Shown here: positions 21,676 through 24,000 of the stretch, one piece after another | Numbering within the stretch: position 1 is the stretch's first letter | Layout of the letters: every line of letters starts with the position of its first letter | Assembly: GCF_024372745.1 (NCBI RefSeq) | Contig: NZ_VOTZ01000005.1 | Coordinates: 53,252 to 77,251, forward strand | Direction of reading: 5' to 3' | Length of the DNA stretch: 24,000 bases | Source: Methanocalculus taiwanensis | GTDB lineage: Archaea > Halobacteriota > Methanomicrobia > Methanomicrobiales > Methanocorpusculaceae | The notes under the pieces: model-generated | What the model saw: the letters and a program-made list of their open reading frames with translations, nothing else | What the model was told of the DNA's origin: nothing | Databases searched by the model: none | Made by a program: the position numbers and the translations under genes

Positions 21676-24000
21676 ATGATGAGGGGATTAATTGTGGGTG
21701 ATTTGGAACTGAGATTGTCTGAGGCGGATGTTGAAGAGGAATGGAAGACTGCGTTTCATTCCGATCCATCAGAGAAAGAGAAGTGCTATATCAATGTTGC
21801 ATATCCATACCCAAGCGGTGCGATGCATGTCGGGCATGGGAGAACCTATATTGTTCCGGATGTAATAGCCCGGTTCTGGAGAATGAGAGGGCGTCAGGTC
21901 CTCTATCCGATGGCATTCCATGTGACCGGCTCGCCGGTTATCGGGATATCAAAACGGATTGCTCGCGGAGATGCGAAGACGCTTTCCCTTTATCGTGATC
22001 TCTATAAAGTGCCCAGTGATGTTATTGATCGTTTCTCCGATCCCCTGGCAATAGTCGATCATTTTTCAAATGAATACCAGCGGGTAATGAGTAGGCTCGG
22101 CCTTTCGATCGATTGGCGCCGCAGGTTTACCACAATCCTTCCCCAATATTCAAAATTTATTGAATGGCAGTACAGCCATTTAAATGGACAGGGACGGGTA
22201 GTCCGGGGTGAACACCCTGTCAAGTACTGTCCGCAGTGCGACAACCCGGTTGGCGATCACGATCTCCTCGAAGGTGATAAGGCGGAGATCGTCAGGTTCA
22301 TCTTCGTCAACTTTGAAATGGACGGCTATATTATACCCTGTGCCACACTACGCCCTGAAACGATCTATGGTGTGACCAATCTCTGGGTCAATCCGGATGT
22401 CAGGTATGTGAAGGCAGATGTTGATGGCATCGCATGGCTCCTCTCGCGTGAGGCAGCAGAGAAGCTTGCACTCCAGAAGCATACGGTGGCAATCACCGGC
22501 GAGGTTGATGGATCTGAACTCATCGGAAGGACTGTCTCTCATCCCCTCTGTGGAAGTGTCAGAATTCTTCCTGCAGGCTTTGTTGACCCTGACATGGGAT
22601 CGGGCATTGTTATGAGTGTTCCGGCACATGCCCCCTTTGATTATATCGCTCTACTGGATCTCCAGAAGAAGGGAGAGTATACCGATATTGAGCCGGTATC
22701 GCTTATCAAGGTTGATGGATATGGAGAGATACCGGCGAAGGAGGCGGTGATCCGGCATGGAATCGTCGATCAGCATGATCCAAAGATGGATGAGGTCACC
22801 CAGGAGGTCTATTCGGCTGAGTTCTCACGCGGGAAACTCCTTGCACGCTGCAGGGAGCATGAAGGAAAGCCTGTCCGGGTTGCACGTGAGGATGTTGGCG
22901 CTGTCATGGAGGCAGAGTACGGATCGATCTGGTTCTATGATTTCGATCAGCAGCCTGTCATATGCAGGTGTGGAAGCCGGGCCTATGTACGAATCCTCGA
23001 TGATCAGTGGTTCCTCACTTACAGTGATTTGGAATGGAAACAGCAGGTACATGATCAGATAGAGAAGATCGCACTCGTCCCGCCTGAGGTGCGGGCAGAG
23101 TTTGACCGCACCGTTGACTGGCTGAAGGACTGGGCATGCACCCGGCGGGTCGGGCTCGGTACACGGGTTCCCTGGGATCCGAAATGGCTCTTTGAGCCGC
23201 TCTCCGACTCAACGGTCTATATGGCATACTATACGATTGCCCATCGGATCAGCGGGATACCGGCAGAATCCCTCACCCCCGAGGTCTTCGACTATATCTT
23301 CCTTGGGAGAGGGAACCCAGTGAATGTCGATCGCACCACCCTGGATGCGCTCAGATCAGAGTTCCTCTATTGGTACCCATACAATTACCGGTTCTCGGCA
23401 AAAGATCTCATCTCAAACCACCTCACTTTCCAGCTCTTCCACCATCGTGCCATCTTCCCCGATGAACTTCAGCCAAAAGGGATGGTCGTCTTTGGTATGG
23501 GTCTTCTGGATGGTGCGAAGATGTCATCATCTAAAGGAAATGTCTTCCTTTTGGAAGATGCTGCCGAGGAGTTTGGCGCAGATACTGTACGGATGTTTCT
23601 GGTCGGGTCAGCCGAGCCCTGGCAGGATTTCGACTGGAGAAACGAGCTTGTATCGTCTGTCAGGAAACAGATTGAACGGTTTATCGGGTATATTGCAGAA
23701 TCAGGGGGGGTAACCGGAACAACCGATGTTGATGCCTGGCTTTCATCCCGTCTGCAAAGGCGGATCGCAAAAATGACAGAGTCACTTGAGCTATTCCAGA
23801 CCCGGCAGGCGCTTCAGGAGGCGTACTTCGGGATCGAGTCGGATCTGAAATGGTACCGCCGACGTCTGCCTGCCGGATCACCCGGTGGCGCAGTGCTTGG
23901 TGAAGTGTCAGATGCATGGGTCAGGCTCCTCGCCCCGGTCATACCCTTCACCTGTGAATCGCTCTGGCGTGAGATGGGGCATGACGGGCTCGTCTCGTTT
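21676..24000 (+). CDS. leuS: Leucyl-tRNA synthetase, archaeal type (3' end outside the window)
   Basis: Frame 1 is open from ATG 21676 to the window end, so it is absent from the complete-ORF track. HIGH motif ..NVAYPYPSGAMHVGHGRTY.., CP1 zinc knuckle ..KYCPQCDNPVGDHD.., and KMSKS variant ..GAKMSSSKGNV... GTG 21694 is an alternative start. Confidence 0.9.
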   Translation, partial: MMRGLIVGDLELRLSEADVEEEWKTAFHSDPSEKEKCYINVAYPYPSGAMHVGHGRTYIVPDVIARFWRMRGRQVLYPMAFHVTGSPVIGISKRIARGDAKTLSLYRDLYKVPSDVIDRFSDPLAIVDHFSNEYQRVMSRLGLSIDWRRRFTTILPQYSKFIEWQYSHLNGQGRVVRGEHPVKYCPQCDNPVGDHDLLEGDKAEIVRFIFVNFEMDGYIIPCATLRPETIYGVTNLWVNPDVRYVKADVDGIAWLLSREAAEKLALQKHTVAITGEVDGSELIGRTVSHPLCGSVRILPAGFVDPDMGSGIVMSVPAHAPFDYIALLDLQKKGEYTDIEPVSLIKVDGYGEIPAKEAVIRHGIVDQHDPKMDEVTQEVYSAEFSRGKLLARCREHEGKPVRVAREDVGAVMEAEYGSIWFYDFDQQPVICRCGSRAYVRILDDQWFLTYSDLEWKQQVHDQIEKIALVPPEVRAEFDRTVDWLKDWACTRRVGLGTRVPWDPKWLFEPLSDSTVYMAYYTIAHRISGIPAESLTPEVFDYIFLGRGNPVNVDRTTLDALRSEFLYWYPYNYRFSAKDLISNHLTFQLFHHRAIFPDELQPKGMVVFGMGLLDGAKMSSSKGNVFLLEDAAEEFGADTVRMFLVGSAEPWQDFDWRNELVSSVRKQIERFIGYIAESGGVTGTTDVDAWLSSRLQRRIAKMTESLELFQTRQALQEAYFGIESDLKWYRRRLPAGSPGGAVLGEVSDAWVRLLAPVIPFTCESLWREMGHDGLVSF

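Noticed and set aside
21741-23917. Several listed ORFs inside the leuS region: 21741..21998 +, 22348..22629 -, 22757..23062 +, 23324..23713 + and others.
   Set aside because: All are out of frame with or antisense to the continuous LeuRS reading frame, which carries the HIGH and KMSKS motifs. They are shadow ORFs.
1-24000. Search for CRISPR arrays, tRNA/rRNA genes, intact transposases, integrases, toxin-antitoxin pairs or known defence genes.
   Set aside because: I saw no regularly spaced direct repeats. No tRNA-like T-arm/acceptor patterns appear in the intergenic regions. No intact mobile-element or recognisable defence-system genes are present. Apart from the tnpB relic, the window looks like core chromosome.

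Overview
This window reads as ordinary chromosome from a methanogen-like euryarchaeon, at roughly 50% GC judged by eye. The archaeal markers are an aIF1/SUI1 gene, an archaeal-type LeuRS, an A24 preflagellin/prepilin peptidase, a COG1855-type PIN-ATPase-KH gene, and TATA-like boxes about 25 nt upstream of several ATGs (leaderless-style starts). I support about 25 protein genes. In order they are: a partial DUF4143 AAA+ ATPase; a leuC-leuD-leuB-like cluster; a secreted PEGA-domain protein; a STAS gene coupled to an MBL-fold/histidine-kinase-like fusion; a decayed IS200/IS605 tnpB fragment; a stand-alone PAS protein; Hsp20; a CBS-ParB fusion; a sugar-phosphate nucleotidyltransferase; a YkgJ-type Cys-cluster protein with an overlapping small Cys-rich ORF; a ribbon-helix-helix protein downstream of cobQ; aIF1; a four-gene type-IV-pilus/Tad-like operon with a divergent prepilin peptidase; hisI; PIN-ATPase-KH; and the 5' 775 codons of leuS. 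I found no rRNA, tRNA or CRISPR array. Two loci deserve the most follow-up. (1) The STAS + MBL/degenerate-HK cassette at 4193-6151 looks like a partner-switching module in an organism without sigma factors. (2) The pilus-like operon at 13135-18972 has no pilin gene in the window. Its ATPase carries a ~300-aa disordered N-terminal extension with a repeated basic-aromatic motif, and it is translationally coupled to an upstream gene that looks PATAN/DUF4388-like by eye. All domain calls come from motif recognition by eye, not from searches. Nothing here is demonstrably a novel system without profile searches and neighbourhood analysis.
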